From contig OZ024745.1 in NCBI GenBank assembly GCA_964016885.1, forward strand, positions 19,220,001 through 19,284,000: a stretch of 64,000 nucleotides of DNA. The letters are read 5' to 3'. The stretch comes from Eledone cirrhosa. Its lineage: Eukaryota. The stretch's first letter is position 1, and every line of letters starts with the position of its first letter. The notes below the pieces were generated by a model that worked only from the letters and a program-made list of their open reading frames with translations, did not search any database and was not told the DNA's origin. The position numbers were made by a program, and so were the translations under genes. Shown piece after piece: positions 42,168 through 51,837 of the stretch.

Positions 42168-42556
42168 GTATATACACAAATATAAGCCAAGCTGAATATA
42201 AATCTACCTTACCCCTATTGTATGTCTAAGAAATGACCAAAAATCTAAACCCTGTTTATAAGTTGTTGAAAATCATCAAAATATTGGTTTCTGATTTAGG
42301 CACAAGGCCAACAATTTTGGTGGAGTGGAAAGTCGATTAAATTGACCACAGTGCATTACTGGTACTTTATTTTATCATCCCCATAAGGATGAAAGGCAAA
42401 GCTAACCTTAGCAGGATTTAAACTCAGATCGAAAAGGGGCATGAAAATCATCAAAATATTGGCCCTGAATATAAATCCCCCACCCCACCCACCTCCATTC
42501 TACCATCAATTTTTTTTAGTCACATATTCCTCGGCTTATATTCAAGTATCTACAGC
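42168..42556. mobile_element. Tc1/pogo-type MITE interrupted by a SINE
   Basis: Ends resemble the TIR pair gtatatac.c.aatataagcc / ggcttatattcaagtat.tac. An uninterrupted paralogue lies at ~48,622-48,843. Confidence 0.65.
42288..42441 (-). mobile_element. tRNA-derived SINE copy with a 21-bp target-site duplication
   Basis: tgaaaatcatcaaaatattgg at 42,267-42,287 and 42,442-42,462. Body matches other copies (tttctgatttaggcacaaggcc...ggatgaaaggcaaag...ggatttaaactcag). Confidence 0.8.
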
Positions 42557-42723
42557 AAACCCTTAATTGGGATGAAGGGTCTTGCAAGTGACCATTCTCG
42601 GAGACCCCAAGTCTGGTAGGATGTATGGAGGGGTGGAAGTATTTCCAAACTGGTGACCTAACTCAAATGCCTGCAAGTGAAATTTGGTGGATGGAAACTG
42701 TACAGAAGCCAATCAAATGCATT

Positions 42724-42835
42724 TTGTGCATGTGAATGTGTGTGTGTATATGTGTGTGTGCATATGTATGTGTGTGTGTGTGCATGTATGTACATGCATG
42801 TGCGTGCATGTGTATGTGTGTGTGCATGTGTATGC
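42724..42835. repeat. (TG/TA/CA)n low-complexity tract
   Basis: Directly visible. Confidence 0.9.
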
Positions 42836-43178
42836 ATTTACTTTTTGCTTATGTTCCAGAACTAAGTTCAAAAACTCAGAGATCAATACCATATGTACCA
42901 GACTTAAATAATTACCAGGGTTAATATGATTGACTAAAATCCCTTGAAAGTGTTAACCCCAGCATGGCCACAGTGTAAGGACTAAAGATAGTACTAAAAT
43001 CCCTTGAAGGTGTTAACACCAGCATGGCCACAGTGTAAGGACTGAAGCTAGTACTAGAAAAGAATAATGATGATGATGATAATAACAATAAAGATAATGT
43101 TTTGTTTAACCTGACTCTTTTTAAGACAATATTGATCTATTTTTAATAATAATCTCTTTTTATTTTATTTAATTACAG

Positions 43179-43194
43179 CTAGGGATACAAAGGT
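43179..43194 (+). CDS. Exon C (16-nt microexon): (A)RDTK(V)
   Basis: tttattttatttaattacag| and |gtaagt. Phase 1 in, phase 2 out, fitting both neighbours. Confidence 0.7.
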
Positions 43195-43244
43195 GTAAGT
43201 AAAATATATTTTATAATTTATCTGCTTTATTGTTTATATATATA

Positions 43245-43303
<59 letters not shown>

Positions 43304-43306
<3 letters not shown>

Positions 43307-43482
43307 GGCGCCTACATGTCCACTGTAAAGTGGACATGTAGGCGCCATGGAAAAAAAAGTACCCAGCACTGGGTAAATGAGGTTGGTGTTAGGAAGGGCA
43401 TCCAACTGTAGAAATCAAGACAGAATCAGTTCCCGTCCCACCCTTGTAAGCAGGGAAAAGCGGACGTAAAAATGATGATGAT
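43304..43482 (+). mobile_element. Short RTE-tail/SINE-like element containing satellite-related units in reverse orientation
   Basis: cactgtaaagtgg...aaaaaagtacccagc...gttggtgttaggaagggcatcc...ggacgtaaaaatgatgatg. Confidence 0.7.
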
Positions 43483-43487
43483 ATATG

Positions 43488-44097
43488 CAGAGAAAAGAAA
43501 CGATTATTAGGAAGAAAAATTTTTTTTTTCCTTATTTTTTTTTCTTTTTTTACTAATATTTTACTTTGTGTGAAGCGTTAAGGTATTAGTTAATTTATTT
43601 ATTAATTAACAATAGCATTGATTTATTTATTTATTAATTTATTTATTTAATGATTATCAATTAGTGGTTAGAGCATTATAACATTTCTTGAACTGCTTAT
43701 CCTCAAAAACAATGCTTGTAAATAATATTATTCTTTCTTTCCTTATCATGTTCCACATCACCTTTTTTTTACTTCAAAAACCTTGTTTGTAAGTAATATA
43801 ATTCTTTCTTTCCCATTTCAACATCACCTTAACCTATACAAATTCCTCTTTTTTTCTCTCCCACTCACATAATTTGATAATGCATAAAATGCTGAAACCG
43901 GTAATTGATAATCATTAAATAAATAAATTAATAAATAAATAAATCAATGCTATTGTTAATTAATAAATAAATTTACTAATACCTTAACACTTCACGCAAA
44001 GTAAAATATTTTGTTTTAAACATTTTCTAACCCAGAAAAAAGAGAAAAAAATAAGGAAAAAAAATTTTTTCTTCCTAATAATCGTTTTTTTCTCCCT
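43488..44097. mobile_element. Fold-back element with ~190-bp inverted arms carrying a hammerhead motif (probable Penelope-like terminus remnant)
   Basis: 43,490-43,678 is the reverse complement of ~43,888-44,095 apart from one indel. Bordered by TA runs. Confidence 0.75.
43870..43907 (+). ncRNA. Minimal type-I hammerhead ribozyme motif, U3-A8 core variant
   Basis: taat-TTGATAA-t-gcat-aaa-atgc-t-GAAA-ccgg-TA-attg. Palindromic helix III (ACCGGT), GUA triplet. Confidence 0.6.
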
Positions 44098-44156
44098 ATA
44101 CATATATATATATATATTCCAACTCGTGTGCTCCTTCTCCACATTTTATAATTATA

Positions 44157-44213
<57 letters not shown>

Positions 44214-44215
<2 letters not shown>

Positions 44216-44688
44216 TGTGTATTTTGCAATACATTGTATGCTTAATTAAAAGCATTTTGAAGACCATACGCTATTGTTTTAAAATAGTGACAATGTCACT
44301 TATTTAAATTTTCAGCAAACAGAGGAGATAAACTGACAGAGCTCTGTTTCGTACTTTTGGGTACTTATCAAAGCTCACTACTCCTCCTGTTTGCTGAAAA
44401 TTATGTGTGTTGGATTTTTATAGAATTCCAGTAACAATCAGGAACTGATTATACAGAGCGGTCTCCGGTCCAGCAGAAATTGAAAATTAGAATTGGTGCT
44501 CTGAAATAGCGATATATATATGAATGTATATATAGTGTATTTTGCAATAAACAAGTGACATTGTCACTATTTTAAAACAATAGTGTATGGTCTTCAAAAT
44601 GCTTTTAATTAAGCATACAGTGTATTGCAAAATACACTATATATACATTCATATATATATCGCTATTTCAAAGCACCAATTCTAATAT
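44214..44688. mobile_element. Nested inverted-repeat element between (TA)n tracts, carrying a hammerhead motif
   Basis: 44,217-44,301 inverts to ~44,553-44,637. 44,486-44,548 inverts to ~44,623-44,686. Inner hairpin arms at 44,307-44,327 and 44,381-44,402. Confidence 0.75.
44330..44376 (-). ncRNA. Minimal type-I hammerhead ribozyme, U3-A8 core variant
   Basis: Minus strand: gagct-TTGATAA-gtac-ccaaaa-gtac-GAAA-cagagctctg-TC-agttt. All three helices pair, helix III is palindromic (ACAGAGCTCTGT), GUC triplet. Confidence 0.75.
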
Positions 44689-44833
44689 ATATATATGTAT
44701 ATATAGTCCTCATCAGAGCAAGGTGTGGCATGGCCAACTCTGGCCAGACTTGCCTTCTGATGTAGATGACCCATCTAACCCATGCAAGCATGGAAAAGTG
44801 GATGCTAAATTGTGATGATAATGATCTCTTCAC

Positions 44834-44877
<44 letters not shown>

Positions 44878-44897
44878 TATATATAGGAACGAGTAGG

Positions 44898-44993
44898 ACC
44901 CCGACGGCTGAGCTCAAGCCGTTTCGACGGCTAATTCTGGACTAAATGAACATTTTTATCCTGGTATATGAATAGCCGAGCTTCTCAGGGGGT
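44898..44993 (-). ncRNA. Hammerhead-like motif with one core mismatch (CUGAGAA)
   Basis: Minus strand: acccc-CTGAGAA-gctcggctattc...gaattagccgtc-GAAA-cggct-tgagctc-agccg-TC-ggggt. Confidence 0.55.
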
Positions 44994-45529
44994 AATTCCA
45001 TATATGGTAAAAGTGATTGTCACAAGGATTGGTCAAAAGTTTGTTGTTGAGACACATAATTCTATCATGGCAATTTGTGGAAGGAAGGGGTAGCTGAACC
45101 TGCCAGTAGAAGAAAGAGGGAGAGGGGGTGGAGGAAACCCAGTCGTGCGTTGATAGTGCCAACTACAGCTGGGCAAGAGGTCAAGGAAGTATACTTGGGA
45201 GGGGGAGGAAGTCGAAACAATAAGTAAAACAATATGGGGTAAATATAATTATATTTAAGAATCCAGATCAAGAATCCAGGATCGAATTGAGGAACCGGGG
45301 TCGAATCTTGGATCATATCAGGTATTCTGGATCGGAGCATGGATCTGGGATCAGATCAGGGATCGAATTGTACCCAGGATCAGATCAGACAGATGGAATT
45401 AATACAGCTCTGTCTAGCTCAGCTTGGCTTAGCTTAGCTCTCTCCACACTACCAATATTGTCCAAGGGAAGGGCAAAAGCTAAATATAACTTGGCTCCAT
45501 CTTTGTTGCAGCCCTTTATATTTTCCAAC

Positions 45530-45880
45530 TGAGTGGATTATGAGCATCATGAAAGTAAAGTGTCTTGCTCAAGGATACAACTCACTGCTAGTTTCAGGAA
45601 TCAAACTCACGACCCTACTACCCTTACAACTGAGATTTAAGGGAAATCACCATTTCTCAGGAATATGAATCCTGGTTATCCCCACTTACACTCTGAGACT
45701 CACAGAGGCAATGACAAAGGATTGCAGCATGTGGAGAGATGCTGTACTGAGAAGGACCTGTCCAATTTGATTGCTGGACAAGGTGATACGTTATGTCCTT
45801 GAGCAAGACACTTTATTTTACGTTGCTCTTTCTGCCAGGAATTACAACCAGTAGATAGTACCATTGGAAACATTAGCCCC
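45530..45880. mobile_element. Two SINE-like fragments in inverted orientation (aagtgtcttgctcaagga core)
   Basis: taaagtgtcttgctcaagga at ~45,556 and its reverse complement tccttgagcaagacacttta at ~45,796. A related fragment lies at ~59,090. Confidence 0.55.
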
Positions 45881-46272
45881 CTGGTCCAATTTGACAAACT
45901 CCATCTCACTCACCAAGTGAATGAGGTCTGAAATTTTGTCAATCAATTCCTTATAATGAAAATATGTCAAATATTTTCTTTATTTCTTTCTTTATTATTT
46001 TTTGTTATTCATGTAAAATATTTATCATGAAAATATATATAACAATACAACACATAAATTCAACTTATACAAGTTTGTTTGTTTTATATATTTACTTATT
46101 TATTATCATACATGCCTGGGGTCAATAATGGAGTGGGTTAAGGATTCCACTAAGTAATCAATGCTCTAAAAGGTTTAGGGATCTATGTTCCCAATGCTAA
46201 ATTTTCTACAATTTTTTCTAATGTTAATTTTCTTATTTTTTATTTAATTTTCAATATATATTTTTTTTCCAG

Positions 46273-46285
46273 ACATTCTGAAACG
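46273..46285 (+). CDS. Exon D (13-nt microexon): (V)HSET
   Basis: Strong acceptor ttttttttccag| and donor |gtaagt. Phase 2 in, phase 0 out. Confidence 0.75.
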
Positions 46286-46424
46286 GTAAGTTACAGTTAT
46301 ATCTAACTTGTGGGCATCAAATGTATTTATATGGACAGTATAGATTCTCAAGATGTGACAAGGTGGGCAGGGTGCACTTTACTGAATGGTACTGAAGGGG
46401 ATATGCCCATTTTATCATAGCACC

Positions 46425-46582
46425 TACACTACCACTTTACAAAGTGGCTAGATGCATTTTATTATGGCACCAGCTCTACCACTTTACAGAGTGGGCTGGA
46501 TGCATTTTATTGTGTCACCTGCACTATCACTTTACAGAGTGGGCTGAGTATATTTTATTGTGGTACCAGCACCACCACTTTT
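46425..46582 (+). repeat. About three diverged satellite-related monomers (dispersed copy)
   Basis: ctaccactttaca.agtgggct.gatgcattttatt.tg.cacc repeated at ~48-bp spacing. Confidence 0.75.
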
Positions 46583-46811
46583 TAACACTAGGGTGATTGT
46601 TGTGTCTTCAGCCAGGCTGGGAAGGCAGTAACAGGAATGGGGAATGGAGTGGAAAGCTATGTATTATTTGCTGATGGAGGGGACCATCCCTCTGTGGGAG
46701 GGTGAGTGTTCATTGTGGAGGTGGCCTAAAAAGAGGTATCTTTATGCAGCTGCCATTCTCCATATGCTTGCCAGTATTAGCATCTACCACCATGCTATGA
46801 AGCATGTAGTT

Positions 46812-46984
46812 ACAGCCCTTTATGTTCCGAGTTCAAATCCTGCTGAGGCTAGTTTTACCTTTCATCCTTACAGGGCCAATGAAATAAAGTACTAGTAATT
46901 CACTTCGATCGATTTAATTGACTTTTCCTTCCCCCAAAGTTGTTGGCTGTGTGCCTAAATCAGAAACCATTATTATTATTATTT
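46812..46984 (+). mobile_element. tRNA-derived SINE whose (ATT)n tail abuts the exon E acceptor
   Basis: B-box-like gagttcaaatcc (46,829-46,840). Body is the reverse complement of the 42,288 family. Tail gaaaccattattattatt. Confidence 0.75.
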
Positions 46985-46988
46985 TCAG

Positions 46989-47084
46989 TTTGATGAAAAT
47001 GCAATGACTTCAATCTACGACAATAAAGGTTACACACCTCATGATCACAATCCGTCAACTTTCATATCACAGCCTACACCATTG
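46989..47084 (+). CDS. Exon E (96 nt, phase 0-0): FDENAMTSIYDNKGYTPHDHNPSTFISQPTPL
   Basis: ttttcag| and |gtaagt, open frame, length divisible by 3. Confidence 0.85.
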
Positions 47085-47167
47085 GTAAGTAAAACAAGAA
47101 TTTGTTTAAGGATGGGCTGATCTTAAAATGTCTAGAATGATCATGATGATAATGATGATGACAACAA

Positions 47168-47404
47168 CATATTGTAGGGTGTGTTTGACATTGTGGAGTG
47201 TACCTGGTGTCTGACATATTGTAGGGTGTGTCTGACATTGTGGAGTGTACCTGGTGTCTGACATATTGTAGGGTGTGTCTGACATTGTGGAGTGTGCCTG
47301 GTGTCTGACATTGTGGAGTGTACCTGGTGTCGGACATATTGTAGAGTGTGTCTGACATTGTGGAGTGTATCTGGTGTCTGACATACTGTAGGGTGTGTCT
47401 GACA
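47168..47404. repeat. 47-bp minisatellite made of 21-bp and 26-bp subunits
   Basis: catattgtagggtgtgtctga + cattgtggagtgtacctggtgtctga, starting at 47,168, 47,215 and 47,262. Confidence 0.92.
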
Positions 47405-48031
47405 TCTCTTGATGGCCTAAATATATGTGGAGGGGAAGGGAAGACGTTTTATATGCTATTTGTCATGGTAGAGGAGATTGATGGGTTGCCTGACATTTTG
47501 AAATATATCTGGCATTTCTTCTTGTGGGTGGTAACTGTCATGGTGGGGGCGTTCCTTGCTTTCCATAGTGGCCTAGATTAGACAGGAATAATGTCTGGGG
47601 AGCAAAAGTTCAACTGGAAAGTGAATCAGTCAAGGTTCATCATAACTTTCCATGCTAGAATGAGTTAGGTGAGGAAGTGAGGAGTATACTAGATGTTCTA
47701 TCACTCTGATTCTTTGGGTTAGGGTAAGGGGAGGGAATCAGGGGCATGATAGCAAGAAATTCAGGAGGGTATAGGCATATGGAGGGGAAGCATAACCTAG
47801 TCTTCACCACATCATCCCACATTTATATATATGTTTCAACCACTAATTCAAGACAATGGTAAGAGCTCAGCCAGCAAGTCCTGGATCTTGATAATATAGC
47901 CATACTCTACTGCCCTTAGTCTCTCTCTCAATTTGTTTATGCTTTGCCGTATATTACTATTACACATCCATCAGAGCCTGAAAGCTTCGTTTCTTTCTAA
48001 TCTACACAAGTCTTCTGCACACAGCACCCAG

Positions 48032-48081
<50 letters not shown>

Positions 48082-48139
48082 CTACCTTCGGTCACAGACA
48101 TATATATATGTCTAAGTGTAATTATATTTTTCTTTTCAG

Positions 48140-48298
48140 CAAAGTGAAATACCAGTTCATTCTATTTCTTCGAACAGAAATTCTGAAATCTATGAAGAAC
48201 TGCCAGTCCGCAACGAAAATATCAATGAACCTGCTGGAACCAGTAAACGTAGTAGCTCTTATGAGCCTGTTAGTCTTCCAGTTGCCAAGAGTACCACT
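48140..48298 (+). CDS. Exon F (159 nt, phase 0-0): QSEIPVH...SEIYEELP...SSSYEPVSLPVAKSTT
   Basis: atttttcttttcag| and |gtaagt, 53 open codons. Confidence 0.85.
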
Positions 48299-48621
48299 GT
48301 AAGTTATGATCTAATGAGTTCAGTCTTAATGTGGAACTGTTCATTTTAGACAATTATTTTTCAGCTACAAAGTCTTTGTCTTTTTTATCATAGTGCACCA
48401 GAAGAGCCTGTAAATGTTTGTGTATTTTTCTTCATTTTTTTTTTAATTTAGTCAAAGATGGAAGGGAAATGCCCACGATCCTTTTCAGGGCTTCTAAGTC
48501 TGTTCGAAATGAGATAAGGGGAAAGGTATCCTTAAACCAGAGACAAGGCCTATATGATTGTAACAAAGGGAATTCTGCTAAAGGCACCCAAGGGTCAAAT
48601 AATGGTTTCAAATAAAGGATT

Positions 48622-48843
48622 ATCATATATATTCAAATATAAGTTGATATGAATATAAGCCAACCCCACTACTTTATGTCTGAGAAATAGGCAAAAATCC
48701 AAACCTGAATTTGAAGTTGATGAAAATCATCAAAATATTGATTCCAAATATAGCCCCTTCCCTTCCACACACACACACTTCTACCATCGATTTTTCCTGG
48801 GTTACATATTTATTCCTCGGAATATATTTGAATATATACAGTA
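48622..48843. mobile_element. Uninterrupted copy of the MITE at 42,168
   Basis: Shares tgaaaatcatcaaaatattg (single copy here), gaatataa and atattcctcgg, and similar ends. Confidence 0.65.
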
Positions 48844-49169
48844 AGTTTAACATCCAAGTATATATAACTCAGGATTATAACTCTGAATCCTGGACTGGTA
48901 CTCTATTTAATCAACTTTAAATTGATGAATGTCCAAGTGAATGGGATTCAAACACAGATTGCAGAAAGTTGGTGTAAATACAACCAGGTATTTTGTCCAG
49001 TGCTCTAATAACTCTGCCAATTTTTCATTTTTACATAATTTGTAATGCTTCAACGCTAATTAACAAGGATGCAGAAGAGTAATTAACAAGATTTATCTAT
49101 TAATAGTGTTGGTATATATGGTAATCCAAAGACTCAGTCTCTGGTGACATAAAAGTATTTAATTACAAA

Positions 49170-49544
49170 TACAATAGAACCTCAGTTCATGAACTTAATT
49201 CATTCCTGAGGCTGTTCGTCACCCAAAATGTTCATAAACTGAAATTATTTTTTCTATATGAAATATTGAGACAGAAACACAGTGAGAAAGAGACTGTGTG
49301 TAAAAGAACAGATAGATATCACCATAGTAACTAACTACACAGCAAATGACACTTTCTTGCCGATACTCCAAGCTTGTTGCCAACTGTTGTTGTTGGTTTG
49401 AGTGTCTGTCAATTGAGACACTGTTTGTGAACCGAGACATTTTATGTTTGGAAAACTTATTTGTGGACCGATTTATTCATGACGAGAGGTGTTCATGAAC
49501 TGATTTGTTCATGAGAGGTGTTCGTGAACCAAGGTTCCACGTTA
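49170..49544. mobile_element. Tigger/pogo-like MITE
   Basis: Imperfect TIRs tacaatagaacctcagttcatgaac / gttcgtgaaccaaggttccacgtta with TA ends. Confidence 0.65.
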
Positions 49545-49903
49545 TAGTGAAAAGAAAACCAAGAAAGGAAAAGAAGTAAATATATACAAATTAGTTTGCT
49601 GTCAATTTCAAATGTGATGAACTCCACAGTATGACCAGTAGTTCTTTTAAAACACAGGTTGATGTAGAAATTTGCAGAGCTATCTAACTGATACATGCAT
49701 AGGTTGAGAAAAGAAATTTAAAGTGTTTGGGTGGTGGTGGTGGTTGGCACGTGCAGATTCAGAACTCAGAAAAATTATATGAATAGTAGCAGCAAGTGTT
49801 TATATACCTGACAGAGCCCTTCATTTACAACTGTTTTAGGCATTTCATTGACCGTCCCTGATGGTTCAGCAGCTTTTCCTTTATATCTTTAACCGTTTAG
49901 CAC

Positions 49904-50122
49904 TTAACCCTTTAGCATTTAAACCAGCCATATCCAACCAGAATTCTCTCACCTCTTTCTGTTCAAACCATCTGTAACTGGCCATTCATACTGATGTTAA
50001 GGTATTGTTCTCAAAATAAATATCAAAATCTCATAGATTCGATATTATGTGAGATATGTGAGGAAAAAACCTTTACTGTGAAAATACAATAGTATATATA
50101 GAGTAATGTAAATGTTAAGTTT
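49904..50122. mobile_element. piggyBac-like MITE family copy (~220 bp)
   Basis: Starts ttaaccctttagcatttaaacc. Body matches copies at 56,404, 60,520 and 61,852. Confidence 0.7.
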
Positions 50123-50290
50123 AAGGGCCATTTCAATGATATGAGCCTCAACCTCAGTAACTGGTTCCTCTGTTGGGTCTATTTGAAGCAGTTATCCTTC
50201 ATCCCATGCATTCACCACATTCAAAACCAAACAGAGAGCAGTGGAGGTCAAAGAGGAAGAGGTTCTTTCAACAGGAGTGAGAAGGCACTA

Positions 50291-51681
50291 GGAAAAGGTG
50301 ATACCCTAGAGAGGAGCAGCTATAGAGGAATAAAACTAATGACCAAGTTATGAAAGTGATGGAAAGAGTTATAGTGTGACTAATTAGAGAGAGAGTCAAA
50401 TTAGACAAGATGCAGTTTGGTTTCATGCTTGGGAAAAGTATTACAGATGCCCTCATTTTAGTGAAGCAACTACAAGAGAAGTTCTTAGCCAAAAATAAGC
50501 CACTATACCTAGCTTTCATTGACCTAGAAAAAGCATCTGCCAGTGTACCCTGTTCTATTATTAGGTGGTCCTTAAGGAAATTAGGTGTAGAAGAATGGTT
50601 AGTAAGAGCAGTACAAACCATGTACAGAAGAGTTGTGAGCAAAGTGAGAGTAGGAAATGAGTTTGGTGAGGAATTCAAGGTACAGGTAGGAATTCATCAA
50701 GGTTCAGTTCTTAACCCACTACTATTCAATATAGTCCTCTTGGCTATAACAGAGAAGTTTAAGACTGGTTGCTCATGAGAACTTCTCTATGCAGATGTTC
50801 TGGTCCTTATAGCCAAACCCATTAAAGATCTAGAAAATAAGTTCTGACTATGGAAACAGCATTTAGAATCAAAAGATCAGAGAGTAAACTAAAGTGTAGG
50901 AGAGAAGACAGGACCCTGATTCCTTCAGGGAAGTGGCCCTGCTTAGTATGTAGAAAGGGGGTAGGCATAAACCCCATACAATGTATGCAATGTAAATCTT
51001 GGGTAAACGAGATGTAGTGAGATAACGTGTAAACTAACAGAAAAGGAAGACTTTGTCTAAGTTGCACAGAGGTAACTGAGGGGAAGAGAGCCAGTGATGT
51101 AAGCCTATTCCAGTCACAGGAAGGACCCATAGTGATAGCTTCTACTATCTAGGCAACATAATTAGCAATGGAGGTGGGTTCTCTGAGAGCTTTATAGCTA
51201 GAATAAGGATAAGATGGAAACAGTTCAGAGAGTTACTCCCACTGTTGACCACAAAAGGTTTCCCCCTACATTCAAAAAGATGACTGTATGATACCTGTGT
51301 GTGAAATGTGATGTTACATGGTAGTGAAACATGGGTAGTGGCTGCAGAGAACATGTGGTGCTACATGGTAGTGAAACATGGGTAGTGGCTGCAGAGAACA
51401 TGTGGTGCTACATGGTAGTGAAACATGGGTAGTGGCTGCAGAGAACATGTCTAGACTGGAGAGAAATGAAGCAACCATGCTTTGTTGGATGTGCAATGTA
51501 AGTGTGAGAGAAGGGCAGAGTTTGAACAAGCTGAGGGAGAAGCTGGTTTTAAGAGGAATCTGAGGTGGTAAGCAGGAGAAAAGACTGCATTGGTTTGGAC
51601 ATGTGATGTGCATGGACAATGATCGTTGGTTGAAGAAGTGCCAAAAAATTTTATTGGAAGGAAGTTGCAGTAAAGGTAGAC
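50291..51681 (+). pseudogene. Degenerate 5'-truncated RTE-clade LINE reverse transcriptase
   Basis: GKGD..ERSSYRGIKL, MQFGF..GKSITDA, LYLAFIDLEKA, GIHQGSVLNPLLF, LLYAD, F.YLG, LHGSETW and RLHWFGHV motifs in order, with stops and frameshifts and a 47-bp triplication at 51,315-51,450. Confidence 0.92.
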
Positions 51682-51837
51682 CAAAACCAAACAGAAAGTG
51701 ATGGAGATCAACCAGGGCAGAGTTCCTCCAACAGGAGTGAGAAGGTCCTAAATTGGATTGGATATGTAAAAGTGATTAACATTACTCTGCTTATTTGGAT
51801 TATGTAAATGTTGACTTTATGGATTTTACGAAGAATA

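Noticed and set aside
42677-42924. Cys/Val/Tyr-rich ORFs here and at 58,552-58,845, and YI-repeat ORFs at 43,211 and 44,663
   Set aside because: These are translations of (TG)n and (TA)n microsatellites.
46820-46850. tRNA gene suggested by a B-box (gagttcaaatcc)
   Set aside because: There is no cloverleaf. It continues into a multi-copy SINE body.
47975-48020. Possible sixth hammerhead on the minus strand (cagaaga...gaaacgaagctttc) next to (TA)n
   Set aside because: The core has a U4 substitution, helices I and II do not pair convincingly, and there is no clear cleavage triplet.
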